Shown: positions 1-10,480 of the stretch, piece by piece | Numbering within the stretch: position 1 is the stretch's first letter | Layout: every line of letters begins with the position of its first letter | From: Eledone cirrhosa | Taxonomy: Eukaryota | DNA length: 64,000 bases | NCBI GenBank assembly: GCA_964016885.1 | Contig: OZ024742.1 | Location: 175,026,001 to 175,090,000 of the forward strand | Direction of reading: 5' to 3' | Notes under the pieces: generated by a model | Seen by the model: the letters and a program-made list of their open reading frames with translations, nothing else | The model's database searches: none | Told to the model about the DNA's origin: nothing | Translations under genes and position numbers: made by a program

Positions 1-1075
1 TTGCCGTCAAGTAGCGTGACAGAGCACGCCTCTTATCAGCCAACAAGTCTTCTATATGTACATCATTCTCATTAAACCAGTCCTGATGTTTTCTCTGCAC
101 CAATCCCAGAACACGCCTGCCTACATCATAAACCGACTTTTTAAGGGTCGGCCAATCCTCACCAAGATCTGCAGCCTGCATCTCTTCTTCCAATGTCCTC
201 TTCACATTTTTATCCTTAAGACGAGCAGCATTCAATCTTTTGGGCAGGGCAACACCAGGAGCCCGGATTTTACGTTTAGTGATTAGTTTCACTTTTGCGC
301 GTACCAGGCGGTGGTCTGTACAGCACTCAGCTCCACGAAGTGCACGAACACACTGCACATCCTGTCTGTCACGCATCCTGACTAAGACGTAGTCCAAAAG
401 ATGCCATTCCTTAGATGCAGGATGCATCCATGTGGTCTTGAATTTGTTCTTTTGTTGGAACATGGTGTTGGTAACACACAGATCCAGCTCCTCACACATC
501 TGCAGCAGGAGCATACCATTGTTGTTACACTTTCCCACCCCATGCCTTCCTATTACATTCCATGTGTTAAAATCTCTACCCACTCTAGCATTAAAGTCAC
601 CAAGCACGATGACTTTGTCTGCCTGAGGGATATTTCTTAAAACACCTTTCAAGGCATGGTAAAAGGGCACTTTTTCTTCATCGACAGAATTCATAGTTGG
701 AGCATACACACTCATCAGGGTCGCATATCTTCCTCTGTCCAGCGGAATTCTCATGGACATAAGACGCTCACTAATCCCTACCGGGAATTCTTTTAATTTA
801 TTCACAAGTACAGTCTTAACAGCAAATCCTACCCCAGCCTCTCTTCTGGTTCCTTCATCTCTTCCTTTCCAGAAGAATGTATATTCTCCACAAAATTCTG
901 TAAGATCACCATCTCCAGCTAACCTCGTCTCAGATAAAGCCACGATGTCAAGATCGTAACGTCGTAGCTCCTTTACAACAAGAGCGGTCCTTCGTTCAGG
1001 ACGCTCCAAGGAATCCCTGTCAAGCAGCGTCCGTACGTTCCAGCAGCCAAGACTAAATGCCTTGTTTGGCTCTAT
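1..1075 (-). mobile_element. RTE-clade LINE, N-terminal AP-endonuclease region, frameshifted, runs off the window start
   Basis: Minus-strand translation gives LGCWNVRTL..RPERRTALVVKELRRYDLDIVALSETR..YTFFWKG..GVGFAV..SVYAPT, then after a frameshift GDFNARVG..TWMHP..WHLLDYVLVR..TDHRLV. These are APE motifs in RTE spacing. Confidence 0.9.
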
Positions 1076-1206
1076 TACAATGGCACGATGACGAGCGGGC
1101 CCAGGCTGTGATAACCTGGGGCCCCTGCCCTTATTGCCAATTATCTTTTTTGTTCCAGAACCTAAATTGCCAATTATCTCTTTTATATTATTCTGGAACA
1201 TCATTG

Positions 1207-1212
<6 letters not shown>

Positions 1213-1247
<35 letters not shown>
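1213..1247 (+). repeat. Poly(A) run
   Basis: About 35 consecutive A; explains the poly-K ORFs in the track. Confidence 0.95.
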
Positions 1248-1251
<4 letters not shown>

Positions 1252-1258
1252 TAATAAT

Positions 1259-1371
1259 TGTTTCTACTTTAGGCACAAGGCCAGCAAATACCCAGTGCAT
1301 TACTGGTAGTTTATTTCATCGACCCCGTAAGGATGAAAGGCAAAGTCAACCTCGGCAGGATTTGAACTCAG
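1259..1371 (-). mobile_element. tRNA-derived SINE family A, 5'-truncated
   Basis: Reverse complement contains the B-box GAGTTCAAATCC, GACTTTGCCTTTCATCCTTACGGGGTCGAT and the 3' end GTAGAAACA, shared with more than 20 copies in the window. The central segment resembles the Deu/Nin SINE domain (from memory). Confidence 0.85.
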
Positions 1372-2709
1372 TAATAATAATAGTAACAATAATAATAATA
1401 ATAATAGTACACTATTAATAATTATTAATGCACTCGTGCAATGACTGTGCGTGACGAATATTTTTAAAGTGAAGAAAGACTGTGCACTGAGCCAATCCCA
1501 CTCTCTGAGCGACAGTAGCTATAACCCGAAAAGAAGAAAACATCAACATCATCGGTAACTACTGAGCCGCAGGTTTTATGTCGGAGTTAACCCAGTTTCC
1601 TGAGATGCCTTCTCCTAGAAGAATACCCTGACAAGGGCTAGGAGTTCTTCACTCCCAGTGGTTTAACTGCGCGATCGGGCATCCAGCCCTATTATTTCTG
1701 TCCCCGCGCAAAAAAAAAACAAAAAAAACTCACTTATTGACACTTATACGTACGACATACACATACATATGCGCGCACACACACGCATACATACGCGCGC
1801 ACACAGCAACACTCATACATACAAACAAACACACACACGCTACTCACTTACACACACATATATACATATATATATATTACCGTCATTACTGATACAAGAT
1901 TACAAGATTATGTTAACTGTTGACTTTCAAGAGTTTGTATAGTTGAAGCCGTTCGTATTACAGTCCAGTATTATTACAATTGCTTTACAGCATAGAGATA
2001 TGAGCTCAAATCCCGCCGAGGTCAACCTTGCCTTTCATCCCCATGGAGTCAACAAAAGAGAGTACCAGTGATGCGCTGGACCAGTCGCTGGATCTGTGCC
2101 AAAAGCAGAAAAATTATTATTATAGTTGTTTTCTTAAGACCCGGTCGCTGGTGATGGTGATGGCCGCGGTGATGGCGGTGGTGGTGGTGGTGGCAGTTGA
2201 TGTTGTTGTTGTGTTCTGTGCGTGTGTGTGTGTGTTTTGTTATTTTGAGTTTTTTTGTTTGTTTGTGGATTTTGGGGGTTTTTTTTTAATCTTTTGATGC
2301 CGCTGTTGTTGTAAATGTTCATTTCAATTATGTATATATATATATATACATACATATACACATATACATATATATACATACATATACACATACATATATA
2401 AACACATATAAACACACACATACACATATATATATATATAATGATATGTTTCTTTTATTTGCCACCAGGGCATCAAAAGTGGGACAAGTACAATGGGGGG
2501 AGTTTACAAAACAAGGCGTCCTCAATAAGGAGGAGGCAATAACAATATATAAAAATAAAATAAAATATAACAAAAATAAAATTTATAACAAAGTCCTCAA
2601 TAGAGAGGAGGCGCCTTGGGGGGTCGCACACACCCCCGAAAAAAGTGTGCAACCCTTCTCCTCAGGAGCACAGAGAAGGGGTGCTCCCTTGGTCTTTCAT
2701 CTTCCTCAC

Positions 2710-5700
2710 CTATAGTCTGATGTAGAGTGAAGGCCCATTCACACGGGCCATTCTCGCCACTTTCACCCATCTTTCATAGAAACGGCTGGGGTGCAGCACC
2801 TCTCTCTCCATCCTGATCCTTCTTCCGAAATGATATCGGAAGAAAAGGACCAGTTGTTGGCCAGAGAGAAAGGTGTCTGACCTCAGTCCTTTCAGACGCG
2901 TCCACCATACAACCTCTTTCGCCATGGCTATTACGCACAGAAACACCGCCTCTCCTTCGTTTTTGAAGAGGGGAAGCGGCTTGATCGTTACAATAGACTC
3001 GGTGGTCAACCGGATCGGTCCCACCCTTGACAGCAGTTGTTCGACATAGCCCCACAGATCGGCAATGCCCGAGCAGTGTACCAATGCGTGTGCAACGGTT
3101 TCCTCGTCGCACACGCATCTGGGACAGACCTTTTTCGATGGGTCCCTACCCAGGCGCCCGTGTCTGTAGAGCCTTTCTCGAACGGGCAGAGCCCTTCTGT
3201 AGCATTGCCGGGCCAGGGACCTCTGGAAGTTATCCATGGGTCCCGGGCTGAATGTCCTACCGAACAGGATGGCCAGTTCGTCTTCCTCCATGACTAGGGC
3301 TTCTCCGAGGGCGTCGTCGCACCTGCTAACCACCAGCCCTCTATAGAATGACGAGGTGGATTCTCCACTGACAGCCGGGTCCGCCTGCCAGAGAGCCGTG
3401 AGCGCCTGGGCACACCCGCTGTGCCAGGCGCCCAGTTTTCTCGGTCTTTTCTTGACCCAGGATTGCAGCTCGGTGAGTGAGACGAGTCTGGGAAAGGCTC
3501 GCCTCACAAACGGGGCCCACACCGGTTGACCGAAGAGGAATACCTGAAGGTGCCGTAGCCTTAATGCGTGTTTACGTATCATTAGCCACGGCATTCCCAG
3601 CCCTGCTTTCGAAGGGTGTTGACAGCAGATGGATCTCCTCACCATAGGAGCCCGCTTCTTCCAAAGGAATTGGAAGAGTGCGCGCTCCATTTTGGCGAGC
3701 GTTTCCCTTGGGCAAGGCACCATGGTCAGGCGGTAGTAGATGACAGACGCTATATAAGTGTTCGCCACCTCCGCCCGACCTTTCAGGGACAGTTTGCACT
3801 CGGCCCACTTCTGGGTCAGTGCAAACACCCTGCTCGTCACCTCACCCCAGTTCTTCTCCACCTGGAGGTCTGGTCCGAACCAAACCCCGATCAACTTCAC
3901 CGGGACCTCCGTCCAGCGCCCGACGACGCCATCGGAGGGCATCGATCTGCCCCTCCACGTGCCGAGTTGCAGACCGATCGACTTGTCCCGGTTCAGCTTA
4001 GCCCCTGTAAACCTTTCGTACTCCTCCAGTAAGGTGCCGATCGCCCCGATTTCCGAGGCCGTCGACACCATTACTGTTACGTCATCGGCGTAGGCTGACA
4101 CCGCTTTCCGCAATCCCGGTTTCAACGGGATGCCCTGCAACAACTCCAACTTCCGCAGCAGTGGCTCTAGAGTCACTACATACAGAAGGGAGGAGAGAGG
4201 GCACCCCTGTCGGATTGACCGCGCGATTTCGAACGGCTCCGAGAGGTAGCCGTTCACCTTGACCCTAGAGCAGATGCGGCTGCTGTGCATGGCGTTGATC
4301 CAGCCCCTGAAAACGGGTCCGAAGCCTGCCGCCGCTAGCACCGTATCCAGGTAACCATGATCGACCCTATCGAATGCCTTAGATTGATCCAAGTTGATCA
4401 GGGCCCCACCAAAGCCGGGTTCGTTCCCAACCCTCTCTATGATGTATCGCATGAGGTGGAGGTTATCGTGGATGGACCTGGACGGGATAGCACATGTCTG
4501 CGCATCTCCCACCAGGTTGCCCACGACAAGCGCCAACCTCTTTGCTAGCACCTTGGCCAAAATCTGTAACTCTGTATTTATCAGAGTTATGGGCCTGAAA
4601 TTATTTATATCGTCCCCCTTGTTCTCGTCCTTCCTCACTAGCGTGACCACGCCCTTGCTCACAGCACAGGGAATTCTCCCGTTCTGTTGCCAGTTGCAGT
4701 AGACCGTCTCGAGGAGTTCGGGGAACAAGTCTGGCATAGCTAGATATAGTTCGTATGGAAGACCATCGAGACCCGGGGATTTGCGTTTGCCGCATTGGCT
4801 CAGCACGTCCTCTATCTCAGCGGCTGAAATCGGCTCCCCGCAGGACTTCGCCTCCCTGTCCGAGAGACGCGGCAGGCCGTCGATGTATGGACCGAAGTCC
4901 ACGTCCCCAACCGGCCCCCCGCCCCTTCCGAACAATTCGGCAAAGTGCTTTTGAAAAGCCTCGCACATCTGCTTAGGTTCAAGGATCACCCGTCCATCCT
5001 GGTCTCGCAAAGACCGGATAGTGGATCTGCTCCCTCTTTTGGCTTCTGTCACGCGGGCCCAGCTAACAGCTTTGGTCCCCTCGTTTCCCAGAGCACGTAT
5101 TTTGCTTCGGACGATGCAGCCTTCGTGTTTCGCGTCGAAGAACTGGCCCAGGGCCGTTCTTGACGCTAGCACTCTGGCCACGTCGCCGCTTCTAATTGCC
5201 TCTTCTACACTATCTACCAACTCCCTTTCCTTCCTATTTCTATTGGAGGCTAACTCCTTACTAAATTCTATAGAGACTACTCTAATCTCTCTTTTGAGAG
5301 ATCCCCACCACCTGCTGTTGACGATGGCGCCCGTCAACCGCTCCTTAACTAAAGTGCTAATCCGGTTCCTGTAAGCCTTACTTGCCGGTAAGGACAAGTT
5401 GAGCTTCCAGTAACCGGGTCCCTGTCTATGAGTTCTGTCAAGGTTGACCATGCAGGTCACTAATTTGTGGTCTGAATAGCCAACCATGCGCATTTTTGGA
5501 CAACTTAAAAAGTCCTTATCCTTAATTCTAACTAAGAACCTATCTAGGTACGACCTAGATGTTCCGCTACGATTTGCCCAAGTCCAGGTTGGCGCAGTCG
5601 GAAAATCTAGTCGATATCTATCGGCCAGGTCAAATCGACCGATTAATCCTTTGAGGCTATTACACCCCTCTCTATCGGGACAGGCCCCTACGTAGTCCCA

Positions 5701-6147
5701 GCGTGCATCTAGGATACCATTCCAGTCCCCCACTAATAGCAAGGAGCGGGACGTCCCTAGAAAAGTCTCCAGACGATGGAAGAAGTCCGGCCGCATTGAC
5801 CCGAAAGGGCCGTAGGCGGCTACCAACCTAAACGCTCCGCCTTTACCACTGCTAAGGTCCAGAACCACTAGTCGACCCTCCGGGTCCAAATGTACCGTCT
5901 GTGTTGCGAGACCCAGATGTTTTTGCAGCAGAACGACCACTCCACCCCCACCTCCGGGCTGACAGAGAGATGCGTGCATCTCAAAGTCATCAAAGGTGGG
6001 GGCCAGCTGTCGCACGTTGCTGATCCGGGCCTCGCAAATAACCATCACATCTATACGTTGTGACCTGAGGTCATTTAGAAGCATTGCTTGCTTCCAAGTT
6101 GAGCCCAGGCCACGCGCATTTAGACAGCCTACTTTTAGCATAGCCAT
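2710..6147 (-). CDS. Tx1 ORF2p: AP endonuclease, reverse transcriptase and C-terminal CCHC domain; uninterrupted
   Basis: GCLNARGL, GDWN, SYLDR, SDH (APE); KSPGLDG, FRPITLIN, DQSKAFD, RQGCPLS, YADD (RT); CPRC..ETVAHALVHC. First ATG at 6147; the track start at 6171 is a GTG. Confidence 0.95.
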   Translation of the reverse strand: MAMLKVGCLNARGLGSTWKQAMLLNDLRSQRIDVMVICEARISNVRQLAPTFDDFEMHASLCQPGGGGGVVVLLQKHLGLATQTVHLDPEGRLVVLDLSSGKGGAFRLVAAYGPFGSMRPDFFHRLETFLGTSRSLLLVGDWNGILDARWDYVGACPDREGCNSLKGLIGRFDLADRYRLDFPTAPTWTWANRSGTSRSYLDRFLVRIKDKDFLSCPKMRMVGYSDHKLVTCMVNLDRTHRQGPGYWKLNLSLPASKAYRNRISTLVKERLTGAIVNSRWWGSLKREIRVVSIEFSKELASNRNRKERELVDSVEEAIRSGDVARVLASRTALGQFFDAKHEGCIVRSKIRALGNEGTKAVSWARVTEAKRGSRSTIRSLRDQDGRVILEPKQMCEAFQKHFAELFGRGGGPVGDVDFGPYIDGLPRLSDREAKSCGEPISAAEIEDVLSQCGKRKSPGLDGLPYELYLAMPDLFPELLETVYCNWQQNGRIPCAVSKGVVTLVRKDENKGDDINNFRPITLINTELQILAKVLAKRLALVVGNLVGDAQTCAIPSRSIHDNLHLMRYIIERVGNEPGFGGALINLDQSKAFDRVDHGYLDTVLAAAGFGPVFRGWINAMHSSRICSRVKVNGYLSEPFEIARSIRQGCPLSSLLYVVTLEPLLRKLELLQGIPLKPGLRKAVSAYADDVTVMVSTASEIGAIGTLLEEYERFTGAKLNRDKSIGLQLGTWRGRSMPSDGVVGRWTEVPVKLIGVWFGPDLQVEKNWGEVTSRVFALTQKWAECKLSLKGRAEVANTYIASVIYYRLTMVPCPRETLAKMERALFQFLWKKRAPMVRRSICCQHPSKAGLGMPWLMIRKHALRLRHLQVFLFGQPVWAPFVRRAFPRLVSLTELQSWVKKRPRKLGAWHSGCAQALTALWQADPAVSGESTSSFYRGLVVSRCDDALGEALVMEEDELAILFGRTFSPGPMDNFQRSLARQCYRRALPVRERLYRHGRLGRDPSKKVCPRCVCDEETVAHALVHCSGIADLWGYVEQLLSRVGPIRLTTESIVTIKPLPLFKNEGEAVFLCVIAMAKEVVWWTRLKGLRSDTFLSGQQLVLFFRYHFGRRIRMEREVLHPSRFYERWVKVARMARVNGPSLYIRL

Positions 6148-6171
6148 GTTGGTGGTGAAGAGAAAAGGCAC

Positions 6172-7809
6172 TTACCTCTCTGCGTCCCGGGTATCGGGCT
6201 GCACAATTTCCATTAGGGTGGGGGATGGGTTGTTGGGTGGGGTGGTGGTTTGTGGAAGTGTAGGGGCATCAGTGTGTTGTGTGGTTGGGGAGCTTGGAGT
6301 TGTGTGGGTGTTTGGGTAGGGGGTGGGATAGTTTTTTAGGAAGACGCGGTTAATGGGCCCGACGCAGGGGGGAACACGTCCTCTTTAAAATTGTTTTTTA
6401 AAGTTTTATAGGTGTCCTGTGGGGCCTTAATCATTTTGAGGTGGGGGAAATCCCCTGCCTGGGTGAAGTTAGGCCCTTGTGTTTTTATTAGATTGTTGTT
6501 GTATACAATGTTTAACAGTTTTTTGTTTCTTGTGTTTATGTATGTGTATGCATGTTTTTGTTTTTGTGTGGTGTTTTTTGTTTGCTGTTGTTGTGAGCTC
6601 TTTTGTGTTGGTGTCAGTGTTATGTTTTGGGGAGGGGTTGTTTTCATTTGTGTGTGGTGTGTTTTCTTTTTTTTCTTTTGATTGTGTGGAAGTGCTCCTC
6701 CTCATCTGACGACGAACTAGGGTCATCTTCCGCGTTGGAGGGGAGGGTATATTTTCGGGTTGTGTTTGCGGTGCGGGTGTTTTGGAAATTGTTTTTGTTT
6801 TTTGAGTGGAGGAGATGGGTTGGACATTGTTTTGTTTTGGTTTGAGCTGTGGTGGTTGTTTTTGTAGTGGTAGTTGTGGTGATTGTGTTGGTTGTGCAGT
6901 TGTTGGTGGTGTAGGCAGGATTGGGGTTTTCTTATTAAGTTGGGGACAGACAGCCCTCAGGTGACCTCTGGTTCCGCAGAGGTAACACGAGGGCCGTCTA
7001 CCCTCAATGGTAATGTTGATGAAGGCTAGATCATCCAGTATGACGCGTTCAGGGATCTGGGCGATCCTTTCGGGCCTCATTTGAACTACAAGTTCGAGGC
7101 TCGTTCCACTGAACGCGTCACCCGATGCCTTTCCAATAGACACCAGCATGTCATCCTCCAGGTCCAGGAAACCTGTCAAAACCCACCATATGTCCATAAT
7201 CGGCAGGATGGTGTGGATTTTTATTTTTTGTGTTCTTCTACCCATGTACGTAGGGTAGAAGGTGTATGCGGTGGATGCGATTGGTTTGATGGACAGTTTC
7301 ACTGCTGTGTCCCTGTCCTTCATGAGAATGGATAGACTCCCGTAGAGTCTATCCTTCTGAATGAAGGTGATGTCCTTCATGACGTCTTTTAAAACCAGCT
7401 CTATCTCACTCTGTGATGGTTGAGCTGGTTTTTTACTTTTGTTCGAGATTGTCCTAAACATGACCGTGTTTAGGAGTCTCTGGCTTTTTAGTTCCGGGGG
7501 GGGGGGGGGATGGATTGTGAATGAACCATTTTCTCCGTACACTATATATTTTTTCGCATCTGCCAGTAGCTCCTTCGCTTTGGTTATATCTACTGGCAGA
7601 TAGTCGAGGGTTTTCCTTGTTGTCTCGGCGAAGGAGAAATTTTTTTTGTTTTTGTTGTTGTTGTCGTTGGTGGTGTTGTTGTTATCATTGTTGTTGTTGT
7701 CACCGTTTTTTGTCTTGTTGTTGTTATTGTTATTGGTGTTGTTTTCGTCCGTCGCATTGTTGTTGTTGTTGCTGTTGCTGGTGCCGCTGGTTCTTTGGGT
7801 TGTTGCCAT
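6172..7809 (-). CDS. Tx1 ORF1p, gag-like, with CCHC knuckle; C-terminal part broken by frameshifts
   Basis: Asn-rich N-terminus and CYLCGTRGHLRAVC (CX2CX4HX4C). Protein-like continuations occur in other frames: SSSSDEEEHFHTIKRKKRK; HAYTYINTRNKKLLNIVY..FPHLKMIK; and ..MEIVQPDTRDAER* ending at TAA 6172-6174. Confidence 0.85.
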
Positions 7810-7824
7810 GGCAACGTCAAGTTG

Positions 7825-7962
7825 TCAGTTAACAGGTCGAGAGAATTCTTCTTCTGGCTGACCTTTCTTCTTGACCTCTGCTACTGTGACAGTGGCAGGG
7901 GGAAGCTGTAAGTTTATCTTTCCCTTTCCTCCTTCGAATTTTGGTGAAGAAGCTTCGGCCAT
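7825..7962 (-). CDS. 45-codon upstream ORF in frame with Tx1 ORF1
   Basis: MAEASSPKFEGGKGKINLQLPPATVTVAEVKKKGQPEEEFSRPVN-TGA, followed by CAA CTT GAC GTT GCC and the ORF1 ATG. Start context aaATGG. Confidence 0.55.
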   Translation of the reverse strand: MAEASSPKFEGGKGKINLQLPPATVTVAEVKKKGQPEEEFSRPVN

Positions 7963-8209
7963 TTAAAAAAATATTGACTTTTCAACAAGAAAAAACTTTT
8001 TTTTTGTTTAACTATTTCGCCTAAAGGCGTAGAATATTTTGAGAGACTGACCAGATCAAAGTTTGACCTGGCAGTCCCTCTACAAAATGGTACAAAAATG
8101 AAAGTTCACAGTTTACAATTTCCGGATGAATTTAAACAAAACTTACCGAGCGAGCTCAGCACATGTGTCCATCGTATTGATAGATAGAATAGATATATAT
8201 AATGATAGA

Positions 8210-8737
8210 CACCCAATAGTTTGAACTGGTTTATAGAATTCTCTTGGCCTTTGTCACTTTAAAGTAGAGCTTTAAAGAATTAGCTTTTAAAGAATTTCCC
8301 TTTTCTTTAAGCCCATCAACCATGACCGACTCCCAACGATCTTATAGACACCTTATAAGCATTGTTAGCTTAAGAGAAACTTAAAAATAAGGAGTGGCAC
8401 CCCATTCTGAACCTGTTTATAGAATTCTTTCTGCCTTTGTCACTCTAAATATAAAATATAGCCTTAAAGAATTAGCTTTTAATGAATTCCCTTTTCTTTC
8501 AACCAATGACCGCCACCCATCCTACTCCCCACCCTCTCCTACCACCTGAAAAGATATAAATACCACAACACTTATTTTTGGAAAGCCAGATTCCTGATGA
8601 TTTCTAAAGTATGAAACAGTTCTATTCCTGTAGAATCTCATCTATATTAAAACTTTTATACTCTGCTATGTATTATACTCTGCTAAGTACCTTACTTACT
8701 GTGGTTACCTCCAATTCAACCTGGAATAACTTACCTA
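8210..8737 (+). mobile_element. Penelope-like/retrozyme-like remnant with internal ~120-bp direct repeat, hammerhead motif and (TA)n end
   Basis: 8210-8335 resembles 8400-8520; hammerhead core at 8588-8638; ends at (TA)n 8737-8750. Confidence 0.5.
8588..8638 (+). ncRNA. Type I hammerhead ribozyme motif (stem II degenerate)
   Basis: AGATTC-CTGATGA-tttctaaagtat-GAA-ACAG-ttctattc-CTGT-A-GAATCT: perfect 6-bp stem I, 4-bp stem III, GUA triplet. Confidence 0.7.
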
Positions 8738-8769
8738 TATATATATATATTCAAGTAACATAAGATATT

Positions 8770-9327
8770 GTAAGTTAAGCAGATTTGTAGTTTCAAGTTC
8801 TTCTTGTTTTGTCTCTTTCAATCATTTTCATGAAGCAATATCCATATATTTTCATTTTCCCTGCAAAGAAAATACGATAGTTACTTTCAGAAGCTTATAC
8901 AATTCTTCGTAGGAGTTACAAAGAACCATTCCTGTAAAGCATTTCTGTTTTTATTGATGATTTTGTAATATGATAAATCTTCTTTATTTGGCATGTCCAC
9001 TCAATAATTTTGCATTTCTTTTATCTTTTGTCCCAATAATCAAATCCTCTCTATGCTTCAATGAATGATATTTAGAGATTTAGCAACATGTTTACAAGCT
9101 AGTGATAATTCTATTTATAGGATAGCATTTAAATATTTCTTCCCTTCATATTCTGCTTGTTATATTCTGGGATTTTTCTCATTAATTTCCTCAGTGACAA
9201 TGAAAGGCAATATAGCATTTAGTTTGTCAACTTGGTTAAAAGGATCACTATATATGTATGTATGCAGTAGATAACTTCATTACTGGATTAATTCTATTCA
9301 GAGAAACTTATCGCAGCTTTCAACTAT

Positions 9328-9375
<48 letters not shown>

Positions 9376-10480
9376 GACTACGACTACGACTACTAGTAAT
9401 AATAATAATAATATCATTATTATTTATTATTATAATCACATCATCATCATCATTATTATTATTACACTGATCTTCTGTCATATCAGATTAAAGAATTATT
9501 TCCATGGAGTATTATTTTCTAGTTAATTCAGAATTCAGTCATACAAAAGTAAGATAGTAGTAATTATTGTTGAGAGGTGATATACAATAGAGGATGCCAT
9601 TATTTCAATTGTAGCACACTAAGTGGTAGTTGGTTAGTCTACTTGTTGACAATTGGGAGTCTTCTTAGTCAGTTCTTTTGTATACAATCATAATATTAGC
9701 ATATTTAGAATGTCATTAGTTGTCAAAGAAAGGGAATGAATACACTGTGAATAAACATTCTATCTTACCATTTCTGACCAGTATTAGTTTGGAACATGCT
9801 GTGGAATTCTGAGATAAATACCAGCTGTCTGATAAGTAGCAGGATTTAAATTTATAACTAGTGGACTTGTGCCATCAATAATAAAGGGGATATCTTTAAA
9901 CTTATTTAGTTTTGGGATTCCAGGATCCATATGCCAAATGTACCAGGATATGTGAAAAGTAATGCAAACTGTAAAATTTGCATTTTGAATAAATTAATCA
10001 TTTGCATAAGAGGAACATTATAGTTTACATTGATTAGTGAAATGATGAAAAATAATGATATTTTGATAATTTATTTCTAGGATATAATTACAGAAATGTT
10101 CAGCATTTATGTACAAATGACATGAAGGAATAAATGTTTCAGTAACTATGGAAAAATAATTATCTACAGGGATAAAAGCAGGGTTAGATCCCAGGACGTT
10201 GTGATTAGAAAATGAACTTCTTATTTTAGCAACATAACTGAGATAGGGAATTACATTGTATTGAAATACACTACCTATGATTCTCATAATTTTTTTAATA
10301 ATCCTGAATTCAGAGGGATTTAACAAAATAACATTTCCATTATTAAACTGGTGTTCAGAACAAACCTTATCAAGGGTAGAGAGGTCTCTGGTGACTGATG
10401 ACCATTTCAACTATTGGTATTGGGAAAAAAATGTACCTTCAATGATGATAAGGAAGAGGAGGAAGAGCATGACCTGATTT
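8770..10480 (-). pseudogene. Decayed coding-like region of unknown origin
   Basis: One frame reads as protein for about 140 codons (9250-8820) with scattered TAA/TGA. There is also a 130-aa ORF at 10018-10410 and WHMDPGIPKLNKFKDIPFIIDGTSPLVINLNPATYQTAGIYLRIPQHVPN near 9940-9790. No family recognised. Confidence 0.45.
9323..9462. repeat. Compound microsatellite (TAC)n/(TAA)n/(CAT)n
   Basis: Seen directly. Confidence 0.95.

Larger units (their letters stand above)
2447..8192 (-). mobile_element. Full-length Tx1-clade (L1-group) non-LTR retrotransposon
   Basis: ORF1 with zinc knuckle plus APE-RT ORF2. 15-bp TSD ATATATATAATGATA at 2432-2446 and 8193-8207. AATAAA 7 nt from the 3' end. Confidence 0.93.

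Noticed and set aside
1430-1710. GC-richer block that could be the RTE 5' UTR with an HDV-like ribozyme
   Set aside because: Position is plausible, but I could not fit the nested double pseudoknot by eye.
2774-6319. Antisense and alternate-frame ORFs within Tx1 ORF2
   Set aside because: Expected shadows of a GC-rich coding region; no motifs.
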